64,000 bases of DNA from Mustelus asterias. Taxonomy: Eukaryota. Shown piece by piece: positions 61,171 through 64,000 of the stretch. The stretch lies in NCBI RefSeq assembly GCF_964213995.1, contig NC_135830.1:18414001-18478000 (forward strand), read 5' to 3'. The first letter of the stretch is position 1, and each line of letters begins with the position of its first letter. A program made the translations under genes and the position numbers. The notes beneath the pieces are model-generated. The model was given only the letters and a program-made list of their open reading frames with translations. It was not told the DNA's origin and made no database searches.

Positions 61171-62235
61171 TAGTTGCAACAACACATCCCTGCTCTTGTC
61201 CTCGAAACCTCTTGCAATGAAGTCCAACAGGCCATTTGCCTTCTTTACCGCCTGCTGCACCTGCATGCTTACCTTTAGTGACTGGTGCATAAGGACACCC
61301 AGGTCCCGCTGCACACTCCCCTCTCCCAATTTACACCACTCAATAATCTGCCACCTTGTTTTTTGCTTCCAAAGTGAATAACCTCACACTTATCCAAATT
61401 ATACTGCATCTGCCATGGATTAGCTCACACACCCAACCTGTCCAGATCATTCTGAAGGATCTCTCCATCCTCGTAACAGTTCACCCTCCCACCCAACTTG
61501 GTATCATCTGCAAACTTTGAGATGTTACATTTTGTTCCCTCATCCGAATCATTAATATATATTGTGAAAAGCTGGGGTCCCAGCACCGATTCCTGTGGCA
61601 CCCACTAGTTACTGCCTGCCAATTTGAAAAGCACCCATTAATTCCTACTCTCTGTTTCCTCTCTGCCAACCAGTTTTCTATCCATCTGAATACACTTCCC
61701 CCAATTCCAAGCGCTTTAATCTTGCACGATCATCTCTTGTGCGGGACTTTGTCAAACACTTTCTGAAAGTCCAAATATACTACATCGACTGGTTCCCCCT
61801 TGTCAACTCTACTGGTTACATCTTCAAAGAATTCCAAGAGATTTGTCAAGCATGATTTCCCCTTCATAAATCCACGCTGACTCTGTCTGATCCTGCCACT
61901 GCTTTCTAAATGCTTTATAAAGTCCTTGATAATGGGTTTGAGAATTTTCCCCACTACCGATGTTAAGCTTACTGGTCTATAATTCCCTGTTTTCTCTCTA
62001 TCTCCCTTTTTGAATATTGGAGTGATATTCGCTACCCTCCAATCTGCAGGGACCATTTCAGAGTCTATAGAATCCTGGAAGATGACCACCAATGCATCCA
62101 CTATTTCTAGAGCCACTTCCTTAAGTACTCTGGGATGTAGATTATCAGACCCTGGGTATTTACCCGCCTTCAATCCCATCAACTTTCCCAGCACCATTTC
62201 TCTACTAATATTGATGTCCCTCAGTTCTTCCACCT
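61170..62235 (-). mobile_element. Degenerate CR1 RT region (also ~60445-60660)
   Basis: NYRPVSLTSVVGK and VDVVYLDFQKVFDKVPH. Confidence 0.85.
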
Positions 62236-63275
62236 CACTAAATCTTGCAGTGCTGGCTGAGCGCGCGGGGGCGTCCGTCCGGCACGCGGCCAAAGCCATC
62301 CTAGACCTTAGGACGGTCGTGCTCGGCCCCGAAAGTGCATGCGGTCTCGAGGCGGCGCAGGCGTGCGGTGGGATCCCGCCCGAACGTTCCCCTGTTCGGA
62401 CGGAATTCCACATTGGCCCAAAACCTCAACCCCCCTCCCTGGGTGAGGTGCCCCACAGCCTGAGCCGCCTCGCGGAAATGTCCTCCGTGCCTTTTTCTAC
62501 CGCGCGGAGGCGTTTCCTGTGCGGGCTGCTGCTGCACACCCTCCACTACCGCCTCCTCGCCTATCGCCCGGATACACCTTGGCGGGCCTTGTTGCCGCCG
62601 GGCGGCGGAGGTCCCCGCTGGAGGTCCCTCTACGGAGGGATCTCCCCCAATTATGTCGGGGACCTGGGGTGGAGGGTGATGCATGCAGCAGTTCCGCACA
62701 ACCGTAGGATTCACTGGTTCACGGGCTCCAAAGACTGCCCTTTCTGCGGCCTTGTGGAGTCCGTGGACCATGTCTATGTTGTGTGTCTTAGGCTGCACTC
62801 CCTTTATGTTTTCCTAAAGAACCTTTTATTGATGTTTTGTCTGCACTTCAGTCCCACGCTCCTGATCTACGGACACCCGGTGCGGAGAGGGGAAGGTCGG
62901 GATGGCGACCTCCTCGTGAACCTGCTCCTGGGCCTGGCGAAACGCGCCATTTACAGGTCCAGGCAGCGGGCGATCGAGGGGGCCGTCCATCCTGACTGTC
63001 TGCCCCTCTACCGCGGCTACGTTCGCGGCCGGGTGTCCCTGGAGAAGGAGCATGCGGTGTCCACGGGCGAGGTTGACGCCTTCCGCACCCGCTGGGCACC
63101 GCAGGGGTTGGGGTGCGTTATTGACCCGAATAATCACATTTTAATTTGATGCTTTTAAGTTTCCTTTGTACTTTGATTTCTGTTCGGGCTGTTCCCCCTC
63201 CTTTTGGGGAGCTGCCCCTTTTACTTTGTCCTGACTTAATTTGAGTTTGTTTATTTGGTTTGACCTTAAAAGAGG
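62235..63275 (+). mobile_element. Tx1/L1-clade LINE 3' end (zf-RVT CCHC region)
   Basis: WRSLY..GDLGWRVMH..CPFCGLVESVDHVYVVC..NLLLGLAKRAIYRSR, followed by a T-rich 3' UTR. Confidence 0.85.
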
Positions 63276-63787
63276 GCAATTGCAGGAATTTGTTATTTAT
63301 TTATTATTTCACAGTGGCGTTTATTGCATGTAAGGGAATATTCTCAAGTTGTTGAACTTAATATTGAATCCAGAAGGCTGCAATGTGCCTAATCGGAAGA
63401 TACGGTGTTGTTCCTCCAGTTTGCATTGGGCAACATGGGGGCAACATCGCAACAGGCCAAGGACAGATGTGGGCATGAGAGCAAGATGTTGAGTTGAAAT
63501 GGCAAGAGACTGGAATGTGAAGGTCATTCTTGCAGACTGAGCAAAGGTGTTCTGCAAAGCAGTCACCCAGTCTGCGTTTGGTCTCCCCAACATAGAGGAG
63601 ACTGCATTGGATCGCAGTGGACTAAATTGAAGGAGGTACAAGTGAAACGCTGCTCCACCTGAAGGGAGTGTTCGGAGCGTTGGACAGGATGTAATGGGAC
63701 AGGTAATGCACCTTCTGCGAATGTGTGGGCAGGTAATGTGGGATGAAGGGTTGAGGGTGACGGAGGAGTGGATCAGGGTGTGATGGA

Positions 63788-64000
63788 ACATAAGAACAAA
63801 AGAAATAGGAGCAGGAGTAGGCCATCTAGCCCCTCGAGCCTGCCCCGCCATTCAATAAGATCATGGTTGATCTGAAGTGGATCAGTTCCACTTACCTGCC
63901 TGATCCCCATAACCCCTAATTCCCTTACTGATCAGGAATCCATCTATCCGTGATTTAAACATATTCAGCGAGGTAGCCTCCACCACTTCAGTGGGCAGAG
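63788..64000 (-). mobile_element. CR1 3' end
   Basis: Same tail as 59550-59760. Confidence 0.8.

Overview
Eukaryotic, repeat-rich vertebrate DNA, most likely a shark or other elasmobranch, judged from the HE1-type tRNA SINEs, abundant CR1 LINEs and a cartilaginous-fish-type TCR constant region. The window holds the 3' end of a T-cell receptor alpha locus on the + strand. It has two C-proximal J segments with 12-bp-spacer RSSs (249-311, 2966-3023). The four-exon constant gene comprises an Ig domain (5396-5674), hinge (5767-5814), TM/cytoplasmic exon (17804-17912) and non-coding exon 4 (from 22535). The most striking feature is an ~11.8 kb minisatellite in C-alpha intron 2 whose 15-bp unit is a tandem amplification of the hinge exon's own 5' splice donor (GTGAGTACCTTGYGY). 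Many of these copies are in phase with the TM exon. Downstream lie candidate T-cell enhancer islands and a tandemly triplicated ~1.4 kb block in which each copy has a strong CTCF motif facing the TCR locus, followed by a divergent CTCF pair. Further on are several satellites, a Penelope-like element with long inverted repeats and hammerhead-like cores, Rex1 and Tx1 LINE fragments, and a CpG-island promoter with a probable short first exon near 59.3 kb. Regulatory calls are motif-based inference, and TE boundaries are approximate.
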